A stretch of 64,000 nucleotides of DNA from positions 93,186,001 through 93,250,000 of the forward strand of contig NC_043005.1 of NCBI RefSeq assembly GCF_006345805.1, given 5' to 3'. The DNA comes from Octopus sinensis. Lineage: Eukaryota. The translations under genes were made by a program, and so were the position numbers. Positions 26,395 to 36,822 of this stretch are shown piece after piece. A model generated the notes under the pieces. The model was given only the letters and a program-made list of their open reading frames with translations. It did no database searches and was not told where the DNA came from. The first letter of the stretch is position 1. Each line of letters begins with the position of its first letter.

Positions 26395-26496
26395 TAGATT
26401 CCTCCATATGTAACAGTAACCCAGACTCAGGCCCAAATTCTCCACCAAGTGGTACACTTCCAAATGGAAGCCTAACATCCCTCCAATCAAAAGAGG
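26395..26496 (+). CDS. HDAC4: HDAC4-like exon: (I)DSSICNSNPDSGPNSPPSGTLPNGSLTSPPIKR
   Basis: ctttttag|TAGATT ... AAGAG|gtaaat; resembles vertebrate DSACSSAPGSGPSSP; ends in phase 1 while the next exon starts in phase 0 (see findings). Confidence 0.85.
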
Positions 26497-26629
26497 TAAA
26501 TATTTCTGGTATTCTCTCTCTCTCTTTTGCTCTTTACACTTTTTTATTGAAATATGTTTGTATCTATATATGTGTATGTATGTATGTATGTATGTATATA
26601 TATATAATGTATATAATGTATATATATAT

Positions 26630-27040
26630 AGGTGCAGGAGTGGCTGTGTGGTAAGTAGCTTGCTGACCTACCACATGGTTCCAGGTTCAGTCCCACTGCA
26701 TGGCATCTTGGGCAAGTGTCTTCTGCTATAGCCCCGTGCCGACCAATGCCTTGTGAGTGGATTTGGTAGACGGAAACTGAAAGAAGCCTGTCGTATATAT
26801 ATATATATGTGTGTGTGTGTATGTGTTTGTGTGTCTGTGTTTGTCCCCCTAGCATTGCTTGATAACCAATGCTGGTGTGTTTAAATCCCCGTCACTTAGC
26901 GGTTTGGCAAAAGAGACCGATAGAATAAGTACTGGGCTTACAAAGAATAAGTCCCGGGGTCGATTTGCTCGACTGAAGGCGGTACTCCAGCATGGTCGCA
27001 GTAAAATGATTGAAACAAGTAAAAGAGTAAAGAGTATGTA
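26630..27040 (+). mobile_element. Full-length tRNA-derived SINE with internal microsatellite and (aaagagt)n tail
   Basis: Pol III A/B-box-like head (tggctgtgtggtaag; ggttcagtccc), conserved body, tail; CpGs retained. Confidence 0.9.
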
Positions 27041-27364
27041 TTTGTGCTTTTATGATAGTTTAATGAGGCATATTTATAATATATGCCATGTATCTCCAAG
27101 CAATCTTTCAAGTTTTGTTTATGCATTAGATATATTTTAAAAACAAGGATACTGAGTGGTGAGAAAATAATAAAAAAAAAGTGACAAAGGTTGACGCAAA
27201 AAAATGGAATGAAGAGAACGAAACAAAAGCAAGAAAGCTAAGATCCCTGTCCCCCCTGATTGCAGAAGCCACAAATGATGCAGCTGCTATAGAACAAAAT
27301 AAGAGAAAATCTGTCAAAGTCTGCAAGAGAGTGACTTGATCTGCAGTTAGTGGTGTCCTCCAGT

Positions 27365-27785
27365 TCAACAAAAGAAATCTGTCTATGTGTTTACACCTGC
27401 TAAAAATTTCAGATCTGGAATTAAGCAGTGTGTTGAAAGTTTTGGATCTAAGAAGAATATGAGATCTTTCTGCTATGCATAAGTTGCATTTCTTAGACCT
27501 GTTAACATATGGCTTAGATTTCTCCCCTTGACTGTATGCAGTGTGCAGTTGATCTTCATACTTCATGCATGACTAGCCAACTTGCATTACTTTTGTCAAT
27601 ATACTAGAAAGAAGATAAATGGTTTGCACAACGTTTCTTGAAACCACCTTTGCTTTAACCCAATGTAATTCTTCTTTGCAATTATCTTGAAACATTGCTG
27701 TTACTTCCACCTTGAATATGACAGGGTTTATCATGCTTGGTCAATTGGACAAGCTTCCAGATCTCAACACTTTACAACTGGGAGT
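27365..27785 (-). mobile_element. Penelope-like element GIY-YIG endonuclease relic
   Basis: Minus frames read CPIDQA..NPVIFKVEVT..KNYIG.. then KPYVNRSKKCNLCIAERSHILL..LLNSRSEIFSRCKHIDRFLL. Confidence 0.8.
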
Positions 27786-27799
27786 GGACCATTGGTGAC

Positions 27800-27840
<41 letters not shown>

Positions 27841-27842
27841 TG

Positions 27843-28322
27843 TGTGCAGGCATGATTGTATGGTTAAGAAGTTTGCTCTTCAACCATGTGGTTCCAGCTT
27901 CAGTCCCACTGCGTAGCACTTTGGGCAAGTGTCCTCTGCTGTATGGCCCAGGGGCAACCAACATCTGCCTTGTGAGTAGATTTGGTAGATGGAAACTGCA
28001 AGAAGTCCATCTTTTAATACAAATGTACACACACATTTATGCATACACATGTATTATACATGTGAGTGTGTGTGTGTGTGGTGTGTGTGTGTGTCAGTGT
28101 TTGTCCCTTCACATTGATGTCACCCAATAAATGAACCTCACCATCATATAAGTGGTGTCCTTCATTTCCAATCTTCCATGAAAACCTGCCCAAGTATGAG
28201 GAAACATTCCCCTGCTTGAAACAAGTGATGGTTGGTGATAGGAAGGGCATCCAGTCATAGAAAATCGGCCTCTAACAATTCCATGCGAGTATGGAGAAGT
28301 GAAGATTAAAACAATGTTGACA
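27843..28322 (+). mobile_element. SINE with RTE-type 3' tail
   Basis: Head and body as at 26630; 3' part (gaagggcatccagtcatagaaaa..) shared with RTE tails; related copies at 32465-32895 and 53548-53915. Confidence 0.85.
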
Positions 28323-29421
28323 TGAAGATATATGACCCGGTAGATAAGCTTGTAAGTTCCATTCCTGCACCGCTCGTGCGCTGTGTTGTTGAGCAAGGCA
28401 GTCTAGTCACTAATCCACTGCTGGTGGAAATGCCTCTGCCTCCAGCTGTCAAATCTGCAATATTCCACTGGTTCAAAGGGTTATTGCAGGGATACAATAT
28501 CAAAGACAGGTTGAAATTTGAATAGCTTATCTTTCAAATACTTCCATCCTTTAAATTCTCCTTTCATTGAATATTCTACTTCTTTTTCTTTTCGAATGCT
28601 GAAGAGACGGACTTCTTTGTATGTTGAGATTAGACTGAAAAAGTAAAAGCAAAGGGAGGTAAATCTGTGCCTGCTATCGGGATATGTTTGTATTTTATGT
28701 TGCTGAATCGTACAAACAAACAAACAAACACACACACACACACGTGCCCTAACAATAAAACGCAAGCACATTAACTCACATTATATAGAAATATGTTCTT
28801 CAACCATCCATTTTCCAAAATTCTAAAAAAATAATATTCTTATCAGCTATTTTTCTTGCTTGACTTTTAGTTGACTTTTGTCTTTCCTTCGTTATATCTC
28901 TTTACCTAATCACTATCCTTTCCCTGCTTTTAAAATTATTTTTCTGACACTTAAACTCATTTATTAGGTTTTTATTTTTAATAAAATCAAACTTCCTTCT
29001 ATTCAGGATTTTAGAAGTAACAATAATTCATTTTTGCTATATAAACATCATAAAGTTTTTTTCTTTCATTGGTTGAATAAGCTGACAGATAAAACTTAAA
29101 GTTTGGGTCATCATGAAATTTACAATAAATTTGCCTCTACTTAATCTTCATATGTGTGTATATGCTCCTGTTGCTTAAATGTTTGTGGTTTAAATTATCT
29201 ATGAATTACATAATACTGTTGACATTTTTAACAGCTTCAACAAACATTGTTTGATAAAAGAGACAAATGTCTGTAGAAATAGATAATCGAACTGTTAAGT
29301 GTTAATTCCTTGTTTTGTGGAAGCCTGAAAGAGTTTGACAACAACAACAACAACAGCAACACTTCCTCTGCCTTCTAAACACCCTCCATGTAACTAATTA
29401 TAAATTTCCATTATATTCCAG

Positions 29422-29544
29422 GATAATGGTTCCTATCCTTTCCAGATATATAAAAGCAGTATTGTTCAACAAGGAGCAGATATAAGTTTGTATACGTCGC
29501 CTTCCATGCCAAACATTTCCCTTGGACGACCTCCAACCTCTACT
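29422..29544 (+). CDS. HDAC4: HDAC4-like exon: DNGSYPFQIYKSSIVQQGADISLYTSPSMPNISLGRPPTST
   Basis: ttatattccag|GATAAT ... TCTACT|gtaagt; 123 nt, phase 0-0; LYTSPSxPNIxLG motif. Confidence 0.95.
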
Positions 29545-31047
29545 GTAAGTAGGATTTTGGTCAAATTCTCTATGTAACTACTGTTGGGTTGGTAAACACA
29601 AGATTATTAACTTTTATTTTCTCCATTTTTACAGTACTTGAAGCTGATTGCAAACCTAATATCAAATAAAAGATGAAGTTATTATTTTAATCGGTGTTTA
29701 TCATTTTAATGTTTCCTGTGTGAAATATTGAAATGTTAAATTATTTTGTTTTCCTTATTTTAAAGAAAACTAGGACATAGCTGTCCCCTGCAAATGAGTG
29801 TGACTTTGTAACATGAACATTGTTTCAGATCCCTGTCTACTTCCAAGCAGACACAGATGCTCTCTGTACTTTCCATTCTCTCTTTTTTGTCAAACCTAAC
29901 AGAATTTAGCTCCATTGCTACCTCAAATTTTATTTCTCTTGTGCCATTCCTGATGGCACAGACTTATGGTAAAGAATTCAGAGTTTAGTCCCTTTTCAGC
30001 CCTACTATGTGTTTTCACTACTCAGCATACCCAGGTCTCATGCATTGTCTACACACACACACATTTGTTATCACTTGAAATATTCTTGGGGCATATTCAA
30101 ACCTGTATGAAAGCCATTCACTAAAGAAGAAAAGGAAAAGTTCAAAGATGGAAAAGAAATCTCCAATGACACACACACATGTATCCATGTTTATATGTCT
30201 TTTCTGGCCATGTTTGTCCTCTCCCACCCCCACCACTGTTTGACAACCAGTGTTCCTTTGTTTATGTCCCTGTACCTTGCAGTTCAAGTAAAAATGATCG
30301 AGTGACTTAAACACAGTCCTGGGGTTATTTTGTTCAATTAAGCCATTCGAGGTAGTGTCCCAGTATGGCCACAGACTAGTGAATGAAACAAGTAAAAGAT
30401 AAAAGATAAGATGTGTGTGTGTATAATATATGAATTATTTTCATTGAAGGTTTATTTCACTGTAGAAGTATGGTGGATATGAAGAGTTTAAATTTTTGCA
30501 AGTTTTACAACCACATAGTCTTTCTTTTATCAACTGTGATAAAAATGATTCTTTGTCAGATAAGGTAGCTCAGGAAAGTAACTTGACTTATTCTAGGCAC
30601 AATAAAGTGCCAATCAGAGATTAAGAGCTTTTCTAATAAAGGGAGCGCAGGCAAAGGGCCTTTTACATCTCTATGGCCTGTCATTAAATGGTATCTCTCT
30701 TCAGATAAAATTTCTTACATCATGTTGTTATTGATTTGATTGCTATTGGGTGACAGAAATACCTACAATACTAACAAATATTTTCTTGAGAATAATAATA
30801 ATAATAATTAAAAAAAAGAACAAACTGAGAGTCAGTAACCTCTTATAATTCCTCAAATTGTTTCTTAAAATTTCACATCATTTTCAGCCTCATTGCCAGA
30901 TTTTAAAACTGATATTATTGTCACTGCCATATTTTGTGAGGATAATTTTTTTATTGCAAAAGTAAATAGGTTTGTTAGGACTTTTCAGCTGGAATCCTTT
31001 CGTTTTTTGTTTTCACTCATTGTTTATTGTTCAACTTGTCTTTGCAG

Positions 31048-31183
31048 GGAAGTAGCAGCAACAGCAGCCCTTCATCAGGTATGACTGATGCTGATGTCCG
31101 TGCTATGAATGCTGCCAGGTATAACCTGCCATTGACCAGTCATATATTACCAAATACTTTACCATATTACCCATCACGCCATG
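31048..31183 (+). CDS. HDAC4: HDAC4-like exon: GSSSNSSPSSGMTDADVRAMNAARYNLPLTSHILPNTLPYYPSRH
   Basis: tctttgcag|GGAAGT ... CCATG|gtaggt; 136 nt, phase 0-1, open and phase-compatible with both neighbours. Confidence 0.9.
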
Positions 31184-31757
31184 GTAGGTCACTGTTATTT
31201 TGAGGCTTAATCATCCTATTTACTTTCCAGCATCCAATTAATTGAAAGAAAATTATAGAAACCCATCATTTGATTGAAAAAAAGTTATTTAACCCTCTTA
31301 TCTACTGCTGGTATTTTTCTCTTTTTGTGGTGGCCAAAGTGCAAATCCATTCGGTGACATGCAGAAGGCTTGCAGACAAGTCCCTCTACAAGACCCACAT
31401 CACAGGAGCCATACACAAAGGGCCAGTAAATTAAGCACCAAAGCGCCAGAAGTTGTTTCAAATCGGCATGGCAGTGGATCAAGAGTAGAGAGTCATTGGG
31501 TGGGGGTGCTAACTTGTTAGGGCTTTGAACAATTCTTGCTGGGTCACTTAAGTGAGGATGTCTAATTGTTGAAAACTCCAAAACATGTAATGGATGTAGG
31601 TAACATCATTGATGGTGAAACCAGGTGCTTTCCAAGATAATGTACGTAAAAGTAACATGGTTTCATTTTCCATATTGAATATTGTAAACAGCAACAAGAA
31701 AATAAAACAATGGAATAAAAAATTCAAAGAAAATTATTTTCCTTTTCTTCTTTTAAG

Positions 31758-31923
31758 TTATTGATGGGGAATTTCCTCAAAACCAAGCCTTCATGCCTCA
31801 GATGAAAGCATTTGAAGAAGGCCGAACCGGAAAATTAACCTCTCCCCTTGTGAGTCCATACTCTATTCCAAGCTCTGTGAGTTCAGGTATTTCCGATGCC
31901 CAGGTCGCTCATGCTCGTCTAAG
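31758..31923 (+). CDS. HDAC4: HDAC4-like exon: (V)IDGEFPQNQAFMPQMKAFEEGRTGKLTSPLVSPYSIPSSVSSGISDAQVAHARL(R)
   Basis: cttcttttaag|TTATTG ... CTAAG|gtaagt; 166 nt, phase 1-2, open. Confidence 0.92.
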
Positions 31924-33697
31924 GTAAGTTAACAACTTGTTTTTGTTTTCTTTTAATCCATTTGGCTTGTCAATAATATTCTTTGTTGGCAAAAGATTAT
32001 GGTGGTGGTGATGTTGGTACCAACATAGGCAGACCAAGCATTTTCACACTATTTGATTTCTGTAACCTCTTTTCAAACTTTACAATATTGAATTAATAAT
32101 TCTTTTTTCATTTTTTTTTTCAATAACTCTATCACTTTTGCCTAAAATCCAGACTCCTGCCTCTTTCAATGCTATCCACAGGATTTGTAGTCGGATTGGC
32201 ATATTTTTGTGATTGAAAATATATAAGGTTTATGTATGAATGAAACCTACATAAAAAATGTAAAAAGTTCGTTCTTCTCAGCCATCAAAGAACTAACTTT
32301 ATTATTTGTATCCTCCTCCTCCTCCTCATCATCATCATCATCCCATGAAAGATGACACTGCTTTTCATTCATCTCTTGATCACTAATATAAAATACCAGT
32401 AATACACTGTTATAAAATCAGTTGACAATTTATTTTTGATTTTTGCCAAATGAAAATTACTGCAGAGGCATTGCTGTGTGCTTTAGAAGTTTGCTTCCTA
32501 ACTACATTGCTTAGGGTTCAATCTCATGGCATGGCACCTTGGGCAAGTATTTTCCACTGTAACCTCAGGTCAGCCAAAGCTTTGTGAATAAATTTGGTAA
32601 ACAAAAGCTAAAGAAAAAGCCTGATGTGTGTATATGTATGTATGTGTGTGTGTTTGTGTTAATGTCTTCTCGTCTTAACATCACATAACAGTTGTAAACA
32701 AGTGCCACCCTCACACAAGTGGTGTCCTTCATTCCCAGTCCTGTCTTGAAAGTATGTCCTGCCAATACCAGCAAGCATTACCTCCCTTGGAAATAGGTTG
32801 GTGTTGGTGACTGGAAGGGCATCCATTCATTGGGAGTCTGACTCAGTAAATTCTATCTCACTCATGCAAACATGAAAAACTGGACATCAAAAAAACAGTG
32901 ATGGTAGTGGTGGTGGTGGTGGTGGTGGTGGTGGTGGTGGTGGTGGTGGTGGGTGATAAGATCTTCACAAACAGATGCTTAAGTGTAGTTTCAATCATGA
33001 ACTGATCTGCTTTAATTCTATAAAGCTAACTTTAACTCCAAAATTTTGTAAGCTCTCTCCCCCTCTCTCACTCTCTCTTTCTCTCTCCTCCCTCCTCCCT
33101 CTCTTAAGTGTGGAATAATTTTAGTTGTGGAGTAATTTTAGTCATTCCTGGTCTGGGCAGTGAGTTGTGTTCTTGGGCAAGACATTTCATTTCATATTGC
33201 TCCAGTCCACTCTGCAACAGACTGGCAACTCATTCAAAGGGGATGTTGGGGCCTTAATCACTTACACACTTTAGAAACTGGGTGACTGGCCCTATGACTC
33301 CTAGGCCTTGAGACATTCATGTCCAAAGGTTGATGATAGAGATGGATTGCAGAATTGACAGATCACAGGACAATGCCTTCTCCTACCAAGATAATTCTTC
33401 ATCGTATAATACAAAAAATATCATCAATCAAGTGGTTGGGGGTCAATTCAGTTCAGTAGCCCCCAATCCCCCAATAAATCTGTAGTTGTTCTGAATTCAA
33501 ATTCCATTGAAGTTTGCTTTCATCCCTCCCAAATATATACCAAAAAACAATATCTTAGGTATCAATACTTCATTCTTTAAAAACATTGGCTTTGTGCTTC
33601 AGGGAGACATTCTGATTTGTGGCTGGTGGGGGTGGGGTGGTGCAAGAACAGTGTCACAATGGTAAGCATCCAAGAAATTGTGTGGGCATGGAGAGTA

Positions 33698-34863
33698 TGA
33701 GGTGATATCATAGTTCAAGTTCCCAGACTTTAAATAAAAAATTACTTATTTACTTAAGTTTGAACATAAGTGAGTTGAGGACCTTCTACGATTTGTTCAG
33801 GATCGCGATAACAATGTTAAAATGGTGACCTTTGAGCTGCATTTCCATTTTGGGAAAGAGATGGAAGTGTGTAGGTGCTAAATCTGGTGAATAGGGCAGG
33901 TACAGAGACGGCACCATGTTGTTTTTGGTGAGAAACTCATGAGTGAGAAGAGCTCGGTGATAGGGTGCCTTGATGTTGTGAAGAATCCAATTCTTCCTGC
34001 TCCACAGATCTGGGGTCACTTTTGCTGAATGCCCTTCCTCAAAGGTTTCAAAACATTGCAGTAGAACTCTTGACAGTCTGGCTCTGGAGAATGAACTCTC
34101 AATGCACAATACCACAGATGTCAGAAAAACTGATGAGCATGCTCTTGGCCGAGCTGTGGCTCTGTCTTGCATTCTTCAGTCATGGAGAGGAACGGCTCTT
34201 CCATTGTCATGATTGCTTCATCTAAAGGTCACACCCATAGACCCAACTCTTGTTACCAGTGATGATCTTTGACATGAAGGATGGATTATCAGGAATCAGC
34301 AGGTAGAGGACAAATTTGGCACAGACACACTGCATGTTCAATTTAGACATTACAATTGCCTGCACAGACCCCATCCCCCGCCCCATACAACAGACCAACA
34401 ACATCAGCAATGTCACTGATTGTCTTCCAACGGTCCTCATGCACAAGCTGAGGAATTTCTTCCACATTTCCAAAGCTGACGCCCATCATGGCAGGTCTTC
34501 CACATCGTTCATCATATTACAAAGACATTCTTCTGCTTTGGGAAGCGTCCATGTCACTTAAGACATTTCCTCGTTGCCGTAAACTTACCAAAGCATGCTC
34601 AATGTCTCTGCAGCAGACTCTCCAAGTTTAATGCAAAATTTCCCCGTTGGTTCTTTGTTCCTGTCCATGACAAAAATCACAGACTACAGCATTCACATGT
34701 GATCACAAAGACACAAATTTCACAACTTGCAAAATAAACACAGCAATGTCACTCAGCCCACTGCCTCCTGAAGGTCATTGCTAGCTCATACTGTGCATGC
34801 AACCACGAGCTGCCATCTGTTGGTGCACTACAGAACTAGTCTGGATACTTTTTGATACCACTC
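33698..34863 (-). mobile_element. Decayed full-length mariner transposon
   Basis: Minus frames IITGNKSWVYG.., WILHNIKAPYHRALLTHEFLTKNNM..PYSPDLAP..LFPKMEMQLKGHHF; degenerate TIRs at both ends, each flanked by TA; about 1.17 kb. Confidence 0.9.
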
Positions 34864-35031
34864 TATGTCTATCCAGATCACTTGTTGAATCATGCTTTAG
34901 GCTTCTGTCTTTTCTGTTCAGTTCAAGTTGTGTTATGTCAATGGTGTGTCTGACATTAATATCGGTGCCATCCATTCATGGCACCAGCTAACTGCAAAAT
35001 ATGAAACATGTCTTGTTCTCGTTTTTCACAG

Positions 35032-35125
35032 ACATCGCCCACTCGGTCGGACCCAGTCTGCTCCACTTCCGCTTCAGCATCCTCTACTACAACAGCAACA
35101 ACAACAACAGTCAATGTTTTTGCAG

Positions 35126-35159
<34 letters not shown>

Positions 35160-35209
35160 CTCATCACCAACAGCAGCAGCAAGAACAGAAAAAGATGTTC
35201 TTAAAACAG
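35032..35209 (+). CDS. HDAC4: HDAC4-like exon: HRPLGRTQSAPLPLQHPLL-polyQ-KKMFLKQ; second 14-3-3 site
   Basis: gtttttcacag|ACATCG ... AAACAG|gtgatt; 178 nt, phase 2-0; RTQSAP motif. Confidence 0.96.
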
Positions 35210-35312
35210 GTGATTCTTGGGTTCATTTTAAAAAAGCAGGAGAGATTCTGCTTCTTGTAATTTTCAAATAAATGATTTGTTGAGACATTTATAGGAACTG
35301 TATTATTTCTAG

Positions 35313-35405
35313 ATTACAGACACACGATACTTTACCAGTGTGGAACAACCTCTGTTGGAAATGTCCAGCAAATCTCACTCATCTCATACCCTGCCATCAC
35401 GTAAA
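35313..35405 (+). CDS. HDAC4: Candidate cassette exon: ITDTRYFTSVEQPLLEMSSKSHSSHTLPSRK
   Basis: tattatttctag|ATTACA ... CGTAAA|gtatgg; 93 nt, phase 0-0, no stop; no recognised homology. Confidence 0.5.
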
Positions 35406-35811
35406 GTATGGAATGGGAAGGGTACATTATTTAAATTTAGTCTAAAATATTGTTTGACTTATTCAAAAATGGGATGGTCAGGTCAGGAATAGATTTTATC
35501 TTCTGGTCTGTTTGATCAGTGCTGATCTGGGATGAACTAACAACTGTGACTTCCATCTACTTAGCTGGAGATTTTGATGCCATTCCAAGTTTATTAGTAA
35601 CAAGTATAAAGAAGGTTAACCATCCAATTGTAAAGATGCATTTCATTTGCTGCAGAATTTCACTTGTAAAAATATTAAAACTTCATAAAGCCAGAGTAGC
35701 ACAGAAGGAAATAAGAAATAAATCTTTAAAGGATTTGCAAATCATTGCTGCATCAGAAATTATGGAATTCATAATATTCACAATAATTTTTAAAAAAAGG
35801 ATAATAATATA

Positions 35812-36114
35812 ATCTTTCCTACTCTAGGACACAAGGCATGAAATTTTTTTTTAGGGGAAGGGGGCCAGTCAATTAGATCGACACCAGTATGCAACTGGTA
35901 CTTAATTTATCGACCCCAAAAGGATTAAAGGTAAAGTCAACCTTGGCAGAATTTGAACTCAGAACGTAAAGACGTTCTAAGTTCAAATCACACCAAGGTT
36001 GACTTAGCCTTTCATCCTTTTTGGGTCGATAAAGTACCAGTTGCATACTGGGGTTGATCTAATTGACTGCCCCCTCCCCAAGAATTTCAAGCCTTGTGCC
36101 TAGAGTAGAAAAGA
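35812..36114. repeat. Fold-back SINE pair (two 3' halves in inverted orientation, 4-nt loop)
   Basis: Centre agaacgt-aaag-acgttct at 35961-35978; arms complementary out to tctttcctactctagg / cctagagtagaaaaga. Confidence 0.9.
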
Positions 36115-36405
36115 AAAGAATATTGTAGGTTATTGTTCTCAACCGATTCCAATCAGCATTGCTTGAGCTAACTTATGGTTAGATAGAAAAAGCTAAATAT
36201 ATATAGAATACCAAAAAAAGAATAGGAGTCTTTAGAGTCCATTAAATGACAACCTGAGCAATGTACTTCATACAGTTGAGTCCCGTTGCACACTGTGTCA
36301 CATTCTTTCTAATATGTTGGTCTGTTCATATTTCATTCAATTTGGTTTTAGACAATTGCTTAACTGGTGGAACCACTCTGAAACTAAGCAAACTTCACCT
36401 TCTAA

Positions 36406-36822
36406 TAATAATAATAATAATAATAATTGTGTACAGTGCTCAGGTGCACTACAACTCATCTAAAGTGTATATATAATCAGGTGTAGTTTCGGCGGATTTC
36501 GGAAAGCATGAGGGCCTTAAAGGATGCAGTGTCATGGCAGTCAACAACTGACGCAGGCAGTTTATTCCATGCTTCAGCAACTCTGAGCGTGAAAAAATGT
36601 TTCCGAAAGTCATGGGAGCTGTGTTGTTTTCTGACTTTGTAGGCATGTCCACGTGTGTTAGACACATGGAGATCAAAAAGGTGTTCAGTGTTGTTGTTGG
36701 TGAGGCGGTTGATAACCTTGTGGGTGTTTACCAAGTCCGTCGCCAGACGCCGGAGCTTCAGTGAATCCATGCCCAGGGAAACAAGGCGCTCAGAATATGG
36801 TAGGTGTCTGATGGAGGGTATT
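36406..36822 (-). mobile_element. CR1-like LINE 3' end, 5'-truncated, apparently young, with (ATT)n tail
   Basis: Uninterrupted frame RIPSIRHLPYSERLVSLGMDSLKLRR..NTRGHAYK..RKHFFTLRVAEAWNKLP..FK; possible TTCTAA target duplication. Confidence 0.92.

Noticed and set aside
26630-26710. tRNA-like A/B boxes
   Set aside because: SINE heads with no complete cloverleaf, so no tRNA gene is called
28481-28650. Minus-strand acceptor plus short open frame (LISTYKEVRLF..DIVSLQ*) suggesting a nested antisense gene
   Set aside because: No recognisable domain and no partner exons found
28996-29310. Micro-exon candidates to repair the frame break (GATTTTAGAA at 29007; a 17-nt segment near 29277)
   Set aside because: The first has the wrong phase and a stop; the second has poor splice signals
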